DNA of 64,000 bases from Saccostrea cucullata (lineage: Eukaryota). The number at the start of each line of letters is the position of its first letter. Position 1 is the first letter of the stretch. Under the pieces are notes generated by a model that was not told where the DNA came from, made no database searches, and saw only the letters and a list, made by a program, of their open reading frames with translations. The DNA lies in the NCBI RefSeq assembly GCF_032062105.1, contig NW_026927480.1:1-64000 (forward strand). Direction: 5' to 3'. Shown piece by piece: positions 25,201-37,880 of the stretch. The position numbers were made by a program, and so were the translations under genes.

Positions 25201-28200
25201 ATATCACATTGTTTGACTTGCCTATTTAAGTGCTGTTTTCTCGCTGCATAATATCACGTGACTAACAATATCACGTGACTACTGACCTTGTTTTCAGACT
25301 GCTCGGCTTGATGTTCTTGTCTCATTTCATCGAGATCTCCATCTACTCCTGGAGTGCCTCGGAGTTTTACCAAAGCTGGAGAAAGAAGAAGAAAATTTAA
25401 AGTTGGAGATAGAAGAACAAAATTAAAAGTTTTTGCGCCAAAACTACACATCAGCGTTTCACGTTATTAGAATATTTAAAATTCAAACTTTTATGCTATG
25501 GTTCAGATTAACTAGTTTTTCTTGAATGATACTATTTGCAGACTGCTTACCGTTCAATGCATCGTTCTCCTTTTCTTTGGTTATCAATAAATACCGAGGA
25601 CTTTCCGGACAGAACGGCATAGTCAGGAGCTGTATGGCTGACGGCGCAACACACAGACCTACAGAAAAAGTCAAATACAAGGCTTTCAAAAACGTTTGTA
25701 GTTGACTTCGATATTTGAATTTTATTTTTCATTTCGTCGACATAATGAATGTTCCTTCATGAAACATACCCAAGAGCACGTGCCAGTATTCCCCGTTACC
25801 GAAGATTTCCGGAAATCCCAGGATCTGAGATAGGAAGATCCCGACGGTAACTCCAAACTGGTGGAGAGTTCCGAGTGCTCCCCTGATGTTAGCTGTAGCG
25901 ATCTCCGTCAGGTAGAGTGGAGTCAGGCCAGTGTACAGACCTAAATATTGTAAATTTACTGCACTTGTGGGAAATTACATGAAAAAAACGGAAAAAGAGA
26001 AATTTAAGAATTAATCTTTATTTGTTGTTTTTACCGTATATAAAACAATTTGTATTTTAACCTAATATTTATTACAAAAAAAATTAATATCAAAAATTTT
26101 GTTTTTAAAGCGTTGATTTTTGCATGAATTTTGGCAACCAAGGCCTCTAAATAAAAGATATTTTGATATTGATGTAGCCAATAAAGATAAGATTTTTTTC
26201 GCCCCACACATCCAATAAGAAATCTGATTTTTAATTGCTTTAAATTTACCACAGTTAAATCCAATCAGCAGTTGATATAGCTGACTTTTATACCGATACT
26301 CTCTAAAGTCGATGATCATACAAAACTTATAAAGTTTTTAATTTCGCCTTTTCAAAGACTGTTTTAATTTTTTTTTATAGAAGTGCCTCCATGGCAGCGA
26401 AAGCGATGAATGTATATATTCCTTAGAATTTAATCACATTTATTTTGGCTACATATTTCAGTAAAACTTCCTTGGATTTCAAATACATGCACACATTATC
26501 AAGTTTTTACTATATCCACGGATAAATAGCCTAGACATAAAGAATCGAATTTCAGAGAAGTAGACATTACCTTTATGCACAAAGAGAAGTAAAGACAAAT
26601 ATCAATTATTACATTTGTGTAACAACCTCAGAAAATCAATTAATAGATTATAAACTTGAAATAAAATTTTAGGAAAAACAAATTGTTATATGTATTCAGC
26701 CTAATGTCATTAATCAGAACGGAAATCGACAGCTTTTTGTTTGAATAAAAAAGTCCTATTCCCATTTTCAAAAATTTCTTCAAAATCGTAATCAGACTAG
26801 CATGACTATGGACTTACACGTTACAATGGCTAACAAAATAGTGATCAACTTACACGCTGCATTAAAAATTTTAAAAGAAGTCTAAATTTGCAATTTTTTT
26901 TAAAAAACGATTTTATTCTCCGAGGAAAGCTATACGAATTAGCCAGGCACGTAGCATCGTCTTTAAAAGTGGGGGGGGGGCCTTCCAAAGAAATCATGTT
27001 TTTTCCAACCCGCCAAAAGTTGACAAGCAAAGAAAAACCTTGCCCAAAGCAAAAGCTACTTATTTCAGTACCAGATTCCTGAGCATACATTTCCCTTATA
27101 TAACTTAACCGTGTTAAACTGTGTGTGTGTTTGGGAATAAACTCTTTGATTTTTCTGAAAAAGTAAAACAAAAATAACACAGAATAATAAATTTATTTTT
27201 ACAACTAATAAGTAAATTAGTATAAAGTTAAAAGATTCCTAAGGAGACAAACTAAAACACTTTTATTTAAAGGGAATTGCTACAAAATTATATGTATTTG
27301 TTTAATCTCATTTGATATAGGGTATTTAATCTATTTTGACAGTCATTTTTTCATTTAGAATTCCTTCAAAGTTTTAATTGTACACAGTGAATAAATTATT
27401 TTGAATAAAGAATCGGAAACACGGTTCATTCAAATGAAATAAGCCTTTTTTCACAAAATGTTCCTCGTTAAAACCTTTTACAAGAGGGCGTTAATGATCC
27501 CGGAAGACGAACTACTGCTGTATATGCAGCAATTTCAGGGGGTAAACTGTAGATGGACATGTCATCAGTCTCCAAAAAATTCCTAGGCCAGAGAAGAAAA
27601 TATGGCTGCCGTGATTTTTCGAAAAAAACGCAAAAACTTATATCTTTTGCACATTTTGTAAATAAATTTGGAAAACGCTTTTAAGTTTTAACAAGATACT
27701 TTCGAAAATCAGCAAAGTTATTTGACTTTTTTTTCTTCTTTTTTTTGAAAAAATGTCACAATTAATGCATACAGATTAATACAAATCCAGAAAGAGACTA
27801 TGAGTGGGCAATTTAAAAAAAATGAATCAGTTAAGATTTCTTTTTATTCACAAACACAATAACATTTTTCTGACAGAGGCATTACACCATGAACATGTTT
27901 ACACCAAGCTGTAGAGAGTGACTTTATTTGTAGCGGTCATGAATACAGTGTCATGGAATTAGATAAAATTATTTTTTAAAACAAGTATGACAACATTGTA
28001 ACATTGTTCATGAGTCAAGCGAATTTATATTTATAAGACAATCCTGGAGGTTTGTCACCATATTAGCATTAGAATTTTTTGTTTGTTTGTTGCTCTATCA
28101 AATTGGGAGAATTTCATATGAAGGATATTTAATATTAAAAAAAAAAATCAATATTTTTTTCAATATCTTCCTGAAAGCATTCGAAATTAATCAAACGTCT

Positions 28201-29667
28201 TCAATGATGTAGCCAATCAAGGAATTCTAGGGTAAATTTCATCCAATTAGAAATTCATTCTTACCACAATTAAATCCAATCAGTAGCCTCGCTACAATGA
28301 TCATCTCATAGGAATGGGCCTCTCTGCTGAAGAAGAAAAGGCCTCCAGCGGCGAAAGCGAATGCGTTATTCAGTAACATTCCAAATTTCCTGAAATAAAT
28401 ACAAATTATCAATTTTCTAAGGTAAAAAAGATATTTATTTAGAAAATGTTCAATATTTACAACTCTCATTGATAGATTTTTTAAAAATTTGACATTAAAT
28501 TTTAAAAACGGGGGTTTTGAGGCTCGTTTTTGTGTTTGTTCAAATTCCCTTCAAGAAATTTTTCTCGTAATCAGAGATTATGGACTTGAGTTGGATGGCC
28601 CTAGGTGCCCGAGTATAGGTCTTAATTTGCAGTCCTACGCAGACAAGTGGTGGCCTCTCCAGATGAGTAAAAAAAATTCTCCAAGAGGCATTAAACAAGC
28701 CAACAAATTACGAACCTTCCAAAGAAGTCGGCCCACCATCCCGCCATCAGGCCGCCTAGCATCCCGCCCACAGCAAAGATTTTAGTGCTAAATGTATTTT
28801 CGGCGTGTTAAACGCTGGCTTATTCATAAACTCTTTGATTTTCTGTAGTTCATAAAAACACAGAACAATATATTTTTTTTACAACCAATAAGTAAATTAT
28901 AATAAAATTAAAAGATTTCTAATGAGGCAAACTAAAACACTTTTATTTAAAGGGAAATGCTACAAAATTATATGTATTCATTTAATCTTATTTGAAATAG
29001 AGTACTTAATCTATTTTGACATTCATTATGTCTTTACTTTATTTTGCTTTAATTGTAGACCGTTACATGTAATAATCGGCCCTGTTTTCCAATATTTCCT
29101 CGTTACCTTTTCAGGGGCGTTAATGACCCCCGTGTTGTATCCGAACTGAAGTCATGACTGTGTATATACGGAGAGATAGGCCGTGACACAAGAACGCAAA
29201 GAACATACTTTTTCTTAAATTTGGAAAACGCTTTTAAGTTGTAACAAGATACTTTTGAAAATCAAACTTGACTGAAAAAAATGTCACAAAAAATGCATCA
29301 CCGAGCAGAAGTCAGAAAACTTGCATTTGAGTTAGAAAGAACAATGCTTTCGTACGGTTGAAAACTGTAGAGATTTTGCCTTTAAACAGAAACAATCCAA
29401 GTTTGAAAGTAAATTTTACATGTATTTGTATACCTAAACGTTCCTACATTGTTCCTACATTGACTTTAAATGATTTTTTTAAAAAATTAGAAAAAAAAAC
29501 ATGAGAACCAAAAAAAAAAAAATGCAAACAAACAAAAAAAAAACAAAAACGAAAAGAAACAGCCCATTTGGGAAAATGTTATAAATGAAAGAAAAACTCA
29601 CTCCACGAATAGGTGGCGCCTCATCTGGAGACAAATGGTCACGTGATCCCTTTTGTGAGGCAGACAT
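22212..29667 (-). CDS. SLC2A1: Class I facilitative glucose transporter (GLUT/SLC2A1-4-like, MFS sugar porter); 3' exons intact, exons 2-3 disrupted
   Basis: Exons (5'->3'): 29602-29667, ~29107-29186 (damaged), 28716-28842 (frameshifted), 28265-28389, 25770-25940, 25551-25658, 25287-25375, 25090-25188, 24009-24221, 23474-23549, 22774-22901, 22212-22436. Family motifs: [71 protein letters not shown]. The symbol is a family-level label only. Confidence 0.85.
23098..23300. repeat. Diverged ~110-bp tandem duplication
   Basis: cccgtg(t/c)gtt(a/g)gtcaa(a/c)tgagctaatccctg begins at 23098 and again at 23208. Confidence 0.7.
23305..23470. mobile_element. Foldback/palindromic MITE-like element beside a GLUT donor site
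   Basis: Inverted arms acagtta..gagggaattagca..aggactatttccc / gggaaatagtcct..tgctaaatccctc..taactgt. Confidence 0.6.
26200..27790 (-). pseudogene. Degenerate intragenic duplicate of GLUT exons 2-4 and flanking introns
   Basis: LLIGFNCG|gtaaat at ~26248-26272 copies 28263-28285; KIKEF plus ~190 bp of intron at 27137-27340 copies 28826-29025; ggcgttaatga at ~27487 copies 29116; 27666-27770 copies 29217-29300. Confidence 0.75.
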
Positions 29668-29847
29668 TTTGGATTATAGAAACAGAGCTAAATATGAAAT
29701 CTCCTCAATCGTTTTCATAGGACAAAGTCATGTCGGAATTTGGTCTGTTTCACAAAGCCCCAAAACGTATGAGGTATAGATGATATAGCACCGAAAATTC
29801 TTAGTAAGAAAGTCTTGATTCTTTCTCAAACTCTAAAAAGCAAAGAA

Positions 29848-30319
29848 AGAACTATATGCGGTATTAACCAACATTTGCCCCCCAAAATCAAATTCAAATT
29901 TAAAATGGTATATGCTGACTTCAAAGCACTGAATAATTTCATAAGTAATGACGTCATATGTACAATCACAAATTTAATTTGTTTTTTATGAATTTTGCAG
30001 AAAAATGTACATATTTCACGATATTTTTAAAATCCCATGTGTGCAGGATTAATATTTTGATATAATGTGTAGAATGATAATATCAATGAAATATGTCAAT
30101 ATTGAACACACAGGTAATTTTGCTTAAATTGTTGAAATATCTCTGAAAAAGGATATAAAAATTTTGGAAAAAAAATTGTGAATACACTGCTCTGGAACTA
30201 TAATATTTTCTTTTAACTTATATTTCTCGTACAATTTATTGAATTCAGCACATTTCAGGAAGTTTTCAAAATTTGACTTTTGTGGGGGCAAACATATGCA
30301 ATATACCGCATATAGTTCT
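29848..30319. mobile_element. TIR-bounded MITE
   Basis: agaactatatgcggtat ... ataccgcatatagttct|ttaa (17-bp perfect TIR) plus subterminal inverted tttgccccc..aaa..caaatt arms. Confidence 0.75.
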
Positions 30320-32328
30320 TTAAATTTAAAATGGTAAGTACATGGTCAGTCAATCACTTTAATTTGCTATTCTGTCGGAACTATCACTTATTTCATCCCT
30401 GCAAGAAAAAGGGGGATTCAAGGTAATTTTGCAATAATATCTCAATTGTGGAAAAAATATTTTACAGTTGTTCTCAGTCATTTAAAAAAACGTACGAAGA
30501 GATTATTGCTCCCTTACAAAATACCCTAAATTGCTTCAAAAGGGATTTAGTTACACAATTTTCTTTACATTGGATTACTAGTATTAAAGTATTTGGCAGT
30601 GGATCCGTTGTTCTCTATATTTATACATGTACCTGTGAGTTTAATAAACCTGATTTTTTAAAAAGATAATATTACCACTAGAATATGAACGAGGATCGGA
30701 ATTTGGGACAAATTTCAAGAGGGAGAATAAATTAACTTCAAGACGTACACCTAATCATGACAGCTAAAGAGATCTATATCCTCAGACAATTTAAATATTT
30801 ATAGATGATTTTATTAAGATCACACAAATGCATACAATATCGGGCCTAGGGTTTATGTGAAGAATAATATGAATTTTTGTATACAGTATTCTAATATATA
30901 ACCATTACATATTTACATTCACTGAGTATTTCATTACCCCCATGAAAAAAGGTCCTTAAGGCAATTTTTACACATTTCAAGTTTTTCATGGATTCTATTA
31001 TAGCAAGGTTCGAAGTTATCGAATATGAATTTTTGTGGCCCTATACGTCAACTCTAAGTATGTTTTTTCTTCATTTATATCGCTGATACTTTGACAGGTG
31101 AATAATGACGTCGTGCTACTTTCGCGCCAACGTCAAACGTCGAAAGTTTTCAAAATTCATATGAACGCGATTCTGACTTTTCATTGTAACGTTACTATGA
31201 TAATGAATGTATATTACTGAGTATTTCCAGATTTTTTGTTTACTTGATAAATTTTCTATTTTAATAATTGTATCATACCAATTATAATTTACTAGTAATA
31301 GTAATTTCTTATGAAGACCATTGCCGTTAATCAGTCCATGAAAGACATAAAGCTAGCCACGTGCATGAATTTCTTGAACAATGGCTGTTCCATCAGTTTA
31401 GCTTATGCATGCAATGACATATACGTCTATAATGCAATATTTTAAAACATATTTAGGTTTACCTTTTAATGTTTTTTTTTTCCATACAGATGTAATTATA
31501 AAAATATCTTTGTCTGTTTGTTAGTTTAGTTGCAGCAACTGCAAAAAAAATTACATTTTTTTCTGCACTAGCTGCATGCGACATGAATTCCCATACTTTT
31601 ATAATTTAAATTTATAAACATGCAGTTGAGGTAATGGGGAGGTAATTTTGTGGATCCTCCACTGTTTATTTGAAATGATAAATGAATGACAACAATGAAC
31701 TTAGGATGACATTCGACCATGTTTATGTTGATGAAATGTGCCCTTGGGGAAAGATCCGTTTGTTTGACAAATGTCAGCGAGAGTTTATACTTTATTTCAC
31801 AAAATTACAGTCAGGTAGGAAATTTCAAAGAATTTTAGTATCTGGCCCCCAGCATGCCCAGGGTTAAGATTGTTGAATCCATGGAGTACTCCTCGCTGTT
31901 TGCCCCCTCCCCCCCCGGGCCTTCCATCCCTCCCCCTTTTTTAGAATTACACGTAGACATTATTTTATATCAAGTGAAAATAAACAGAAAAAAAACATAC
32001 ATGGCTGGTCCTAAATAAATAAAAAAATAAAAAAAATAAAATGTGTCATTAAAAAAAGATCATCGTGATGGTATCCGTTTCCTTTACAATTTATAGGATT
32101 ACAGCACATACAGGACATAAATATCAAGTACAAGGTCCACGTGTGAACATTATACAACAAAAATTCCTTACAACAAATGATAAGTTCGTACAGACTTTCT
32201 ATTGTGTATGTTAAATATCTATTATCTGACTTGCACATCCCTGGGATGCATTACACAAAATAAACATGGTGCAATTTAATTATTTAATACAAATGTGTAA
32301 AACAATTCATGATAAATGAAAAACTTAC

Positions 32329-32402
32329 CATATGTGATGAGCTACCGGCAGACTGGCCTTCACTTTGGGGGCTCTCGTGTAAGTGTGGACAAAGCTCTCG
32401 TG
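32329..32402 (-). other. Probable upstream alternative exon of the GLUT gene (ends ATG|gtaag); a further candidate 5'UTR donor lies at 34508
   Basis: ctttacag acceptor and gtaagt donor bracket a GC-richer 74-nt island; its terminal ATG is phase 0, matching GLUT exon 2. Confidence 0.45.
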
Positions 32403-32707
32403 CTGTAAAGACATAGGTAAACAAAATATCAATGTTGTCAGTGATTGAATTGGGGAAGAGATAAAGAGAATGATCACAGGAATTTGAAATTCTATTTTAT
32501 CAGAGCGATTTTATAACTCTTTAATAAACCGACATTCTCTGTGTTTATACTCCGGAATGGTTCTGTAATAAGGTCAACGGGTTCAAAGGTGTAGTTTAGA
32601 TAGGTCACGTGGATCAGTAGCAAGGTCAACAAGGAGGTCAAGAAAACTGTCGGAAAAGAACTTAGGAAAAAATTATCAGGAAGACAGTTAAAACATATTT
32701 CAATTGA

Positions 32708-32711
<4 letters not shown>

Positions 32712-32762
<51 letters not shown>
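32712..32762. repeat. (CT)n microsatellite, ~25 units
   Basis: Direct run. Confidence 0.95.
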
Positions 32763-32765
<3 letters not shown>

Positions 32766-34015
32766 GTGTGTGTTTCTCTGTGAGAGGTAGGAACCACCGC
32801 GCATGGCTTCTTTTTTTTTTGCGAAAAAAGGGGGGGGGTAACTTTCCATTTACATATACATGATATTTGTGTTAGAAATATATTGAATATATAAATTATA
32901 CTGAAATATATCCCAAAAGGAAAATTTTGAGTGCATTTTGTCAAACATTATGAATGACCATTTTGGAGACATTTTTTCTCTATATTCCCATACTCGTGTA
33001 CACACTCGATTTGAAAAAAAATCTTTTATAAGTTTATCATGAAGATTCCACGTGTCTCTTGACTTTTTCAAGCTTTCAGTTTGCACGTGGAGATAAGTAG
33101 AGTTACCCAATGAAACGGATTTCTTCACATGACAGGGTTATGAAAGTCTTACCAAACCATCAGAACATAAATTGTAACAAAAAGGCTTAAACATATTGAA
33201 CACACACACACACAAAAAAAAAAAAACATTTAATTCGTGATGATTGCAAGTGCCCCCCCCCTTCCTTTATGAACATTATTTACGTTATACTTTACTTTGG
33301 CTGTCAAGAAGGTAGATTAAAAATATTTGACAACATCATTGATATGTACATGTGAACTCTACATTATCAACTGATATAAATAGAACATGGGGGGAAAACC
33401 CCATACTAAGATATCCACTGTGTGTATAATTACACATAGAGAGGGGGGATTTTCCCTATAGAACTATAAATATCAACTCATCGATAAAGAGCGGATGCAT
33501 CTACCTGTGCACATTTTGAAAATATATATATATTATCTAACCTGAATGTTTGACCTATATTTCTCACGCTCTATTACCTGATTACAGTATGTCCCTATAA
33601 AGTACAATAGAGGTTCGTTCTCTCAAATGATAACAGCATCAGTGTAAGACTATACTTGTTTTATTTAAAAAAAAATAAACTTTTCATTAGATTATTAAAA
33701 TGTATGTCAGTCTATTGTCTAAATAAAATCAAAAAAAAAACAAACCACTAAATGCACACTTGCTCATTATCTTATAGGAAAAGGACTTAGATCTACATGT
33801 ACATATAAATTTAAGATAAAGTTCTTCTAACACTGAGGCTTTTAATTTTGTCCTGAATCTGGGTCGATTCAAGATCTGTTTATAAAAATCATAATTTTTA
33901 CGTGAATTATTCAATCTGGACATAAATATGTGAGTGCCTTGACCGCGCTACCATACAATACATCCACATTAATATTGAGATAGCATACAGAAGTATTGAA
34001 GTTTTGAATTAACAC

Positions 34016-34433
34016 CAGTGGCGGATTTAATTAACACCGGCGCGCGCCCCCCCTAAAATTGTCAAAGTTAGCGTAAATCAAATATGTCTACTTGGTAGAC
34101 CTCATTTTCACCCTTCAAAATCTCTAGAATCCAGGAGCTTCCGGGGGCTGTCGCCCCCTGGGCCCCCACCAGGGCTTTGTTAGACCTCATTTTCACCCTT
34201 CAAAATCTCTAGAAACCAGGAGCTTCCGGGGACTTTGCCCCCTGGGCCCCCACCAGGGCTTTGGTAGACCTTCATTTTAACCCTTCAAAATCTCTAGAAT
34301 CCAGGAGCTTCCGGGGGCTTCGCCCCCTGGGCCCCCACCAGGGCTTTGCCCTGGACCCACTGGAGGCCTCAAGGCGGCCCCCAGACCCCTTGCCTAATTT
34401 TGGCGCCCCCACAACTCCAAATTTCCGCGCCTG
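34016..34433. mobile_element. GC-rich MITE with three internal ~80-bp tandem repeats and a 5-bp target-site duplication
   Basis: aacac|cagtggcggattt ... aaatttccgcgcctg|aacac. Unit tagacctcattttcacccttcaaaatctctagaatccaggagcttccggggg..gccccctgggcccccaccagggcttt occurs x3 (~34096-34348). Confidence 0.8.
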
Positions 34434-35184
34434 AACACGAAATAATTAACACTTGCATGTCATTTTAATGGCCAAAACAGAAAGAAAAAAAGGCTTATAG
34501 TACTTACATTGCTGATCTTTGGGTGAAAATCGATAATCAAGAATTATGTTTGTACCATTTTCGCTATAACTCACACGGCCCACTCTGGACAGTGTGCTAG
34601 TTTGTATGGAAGCCGTTTATGATATTAACTTTTACTTTTCTTACTATTCGCCTCTCATTAAGCCGACTCCCGTCCGAAACCTTTCGAGTGTGCAGTCACG
34701 GGACTCACACTCGATATATTTTATTCACAAGTCAATATTCCTGGACGACACTGGTATTTTAAGAGATTGATAATTAAACTTTTGAGAATTTATTAATAAG
34801 TTGATGAGAGTACGAGTTGCACACCTGCATATTTCATGATGCAAGTTAGCGTTTCATGATAATTTTAATGCAGGTGTGAAACGTTGTACATGACATTGTG
34901 TAGTTCATGCCCTCATGAATTCCCCCCCCCCCCCCCAAAAAAAAAAAATCCTGAACAATATATTGGCCAACACCGATATTACTGAACATTTTATTGGTGT
35001 TTTTGATCACCTTTTTACAGACATAAATAGCTCAAGCAAATGAATCCGTTCATTAAATACTAAAAAGAAAGACATTGTGTTGTTTATACTTTATCTGTAT
35101 GAATAATCATATAATGTTTGATTAAATACTTCTATTATGCAAATGAGAAATTCTGATTTGTACGTCATTTTAAGTTTCACCACA

Positions 35185-35318
35185 GGAGTTCGAGTACCTA
35201 ATCAATCAGTTTTACCGAAATTTTCAGTAAATTAAAAAAATACGTAATACCTATAATAATTATAGGTATTGCCATTTTATTCACTGAAAAACGGTAAAAT
35301 TCAGGTACGCTCAACTCC
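35185..35318. repeat. Imperfect palindrome / foldback element
   Basis: ggagtt.gagtacct..ttttaccg..tttcagt..aatacctataa / ttataggtatt..actgaaa..cggtaaaa..aggtacgctcaactcc. Confidence 0.7.
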
Positions 35319-35513
35319 GCTTTTGAGATAATACAAATGCTAAACCGGGAGCCCAAACATTAAATTTTTAAAGATGGCTATATAAAATAAACGTTAGTAG
35401 ATTTTAACTGACTTGATAAAAAAACTTCATGATATAAAATACAGGGTATGTTTTATCAGGATATGATATTACTATGTTCTTAATTCATTAAAAAGAATTA
35501 CTGATATGTTTAA

Positions 35514-35816
35514 GGTCAGACGATACGTACCCCAAATATCTGTATAGTATATGGAAAATATACAACATTTTAATTATTTTCTTATTTCTAAACAGGTTTC
35601 TAATTGTTTTAAAAGATTTAAAACACTAAACTTGTGATTTTGGAAAACTAAGTTCTTTTCCTAAAGGGTTATATAAGAAATGCCATCCTCTGGTATCTCG
35701 CACAAATGCCTGGTAAGGTACCTCAATATTTTGTGAGTAAACATGTTAAACTAGTAATTCTTTAATGGAAAAATCTTGAAAAAATTATATATTATTGACG
35801 AATGTCTCGTCTGTCC
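35514..35816. mobile_element. TTAA-flanked MITE
   Basis: ttaa|ggtcagacgatac ... gtctcgtctgtcc|ttaa. Confidence 0.7.
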
Positions 35817-35989
35817 TTAAAATATTGAATGACTTGTTGGCAATATCTTATTAAAATCAGATACTCTGATCAACTCACAAAGATCGCTACAAAAGTAAAG
35901 TGTAATTTTTAGAAAAGAAATGTTAATAATTTAAAAAGAGACGAGTTCTTAAGTGAATTTTTTTGGAATAATTCTTATTTTTAATTTAA

Positions 35990-36860
35990 TGTTTTAAAGC
36001 GTGGATATACAAGGCAATATTTTGTACATTTAAGATACATGTATATTTGACGAATCAGGGGAGATGTATGATATCGGCTATTTCTATTACAAATTGAAAG
36101 ATTACAAACAACAGTGTGATTGTTCTTATGCGAAGTACGTGAATGTGAAACCAAATGTACATTTTTTATTTAAAAATAATGTTGTAAAATCAATACAAGA
36201 GATCAGACGCAATTTTTATCACTCAATATTTACTGATGTGAAATTTCAAAAACCTTTGTTGGAAAAGAAATGGACAAACACATTTAATGTTCAGGGTGTT
36301 TGTTTATGGAAAAATATTTATAGAAACAAGATTTAAATGTATATGAGAAGAGAATATCAGAATTTAATTATAAACTATGACATGGTATTTTGAATAACAA
36401 TGTCTCTGTAAGCAAGTGGAACAAAGATATTTCTCCTTTATGTGAAAATTGTGAAATTGAAGATGATGTGAAACATTTATTGTTTGATTGTAAAATTCTT
36501 AAACCTATAAGGGAAAAAGTGAGCATTTTTCTAAAATATGATATTACTTGGAAATTAATTGTACTTGGATTTTACAGCGAACTAAGTGGAAAAACTTTGC
36601 TTTATAATAATTTGATAGCATTTATTAGCTTTACTACCGGGTATGTATGCATATAAGATGAAATGTAGACTACAAAATGAAATATTCTCAGAGAAAAATC
36701 TCCTACATAGACTGAAATCTATGCTTTATATTCAAAATGATGTCCTTGGGAAAATTGGTCATTAGAATATTTATCACAATTTAGTTGATTTTTTTATGTT
36801 AATGTTGATATTGTGATATGTTTGTGACCTGTTATGATTCTGATAAAAGATAAAAAAAAG
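35990..36860 (+). mobile_element. 5'-truncated, decayed non-LTR retrotransposon (L1/Tx1-type ORF2 C-terminus)
   Basis: Broken ORFs 36064-36336 and 36390-36656 carry W..WKNIY, FNYKL, and the CCHC zinc knuckle SPLCENCEIEDDVKHLLFDC typical of the region downstream of LINE reverse transcriptase; A-rich tail at ~36841-36859. Confidence 0.75.
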
Positions 36861-37880
36861 GATCTAGATGAGCGGATCAAAGGATTTCATTTTAATCAAA
36901 TTGGAATTGTTGGGAAATTGGGACAAAATCTAGAACTTGACAACTCCACTTGTGTCAACACTCGATTTATGAACTTAAGTGTGTATAGGTGTGTAACGGA
37001 CCTGACTCTGCATAGATTAACCGAAATCGATTATTTATGTCTATCAATAGAGATCACATGTTTCGAAGAAGCTACAAATTTATTTCTTTTTCCAATACTA
37101 AATATTAAAATGAGAAAAAAATGTACACAAATGTTAGTTGACACGTGGAATTCTTTCAATTTCAACATCCCTTAATTTGACTCTAAGTATTCCATTTACT
37201 TTCGTGCTGTATTTAGATGTTGTAAGGAATTTCAACATAAATTCATTCATCTAATTTTTTTTAATTCTTTTGGCAACCCTTCGATTCTGATCATTTCTAT
37301 AGATCCATTTCAAATACATCATTCATAGGAAATAAAAACTACAGAAGATGATTTACAATGTTTTATTATAAAAAGGAATGACATTCAACACATAAAAAAT
37401 ACTCTCTTATCAAACGAATGAAGACCGACACTGTTATAGTCCAGGCTAAACATTGACAGGGAAAAACTCGTATTAATTGATTTGGACATATTGCGTTTAT
37501 ATTTAGCTGACAATTATAATGCATGACAAACCGATACGGTTCGAATCGGAGTACAAAAAACATTGAAGTACTTTTACATAGTCTTACATATATATTCACT
37601 ATTCACCATTGATGCCATGTTTAAAATTATTCCAAGGGATAACATGGGTTATCTGCCCTTTTTGTCATTATTTTGACACGCCCCCTATCGCCTGATGATG
37701 TGTCTATTTGCAGCATGATGCGAGAACTGGATAGACAATGATATGTTAATTACGGTTCTACTTCATTCCTACAATAAAAATACAAAAAAGTAATGATAAA
37801 AATACTAACTTAATATCATTCCGACAATAAAAATACCAAAAAAGGTAATGTGAAAAATACAAACTTTATAAGCAACATTT

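Noticed and set aside
30957-31470. Possible further TTAA MITE with a central tgacgt..acgtca palindrome
   Set aside because: Could not match convincing terminal inverted repeats at both ends.
36064-36656. Two ORFs as a host zinc-finger gene
   Set aside because: Stops and frameshifts, a CCHC motif and an A-rich tail indicate a dead LINE fragment.
37600-37726. Alternative last exon of the giant gene (VLASCCK*) at acceptor 37726
   Set aside because: The nearer acceptor at 37927 is at least as good. Cannot be decided without transcripts, so it is not reported as a feature.
6300-37800. Numerous 60-110 aa AT-rich ORFs in introns and intergenic DNA
   Set aside because: Composition dominated by F/L/I/K/N, no motifs and no coherent splice context; consistent with chance ORFs.
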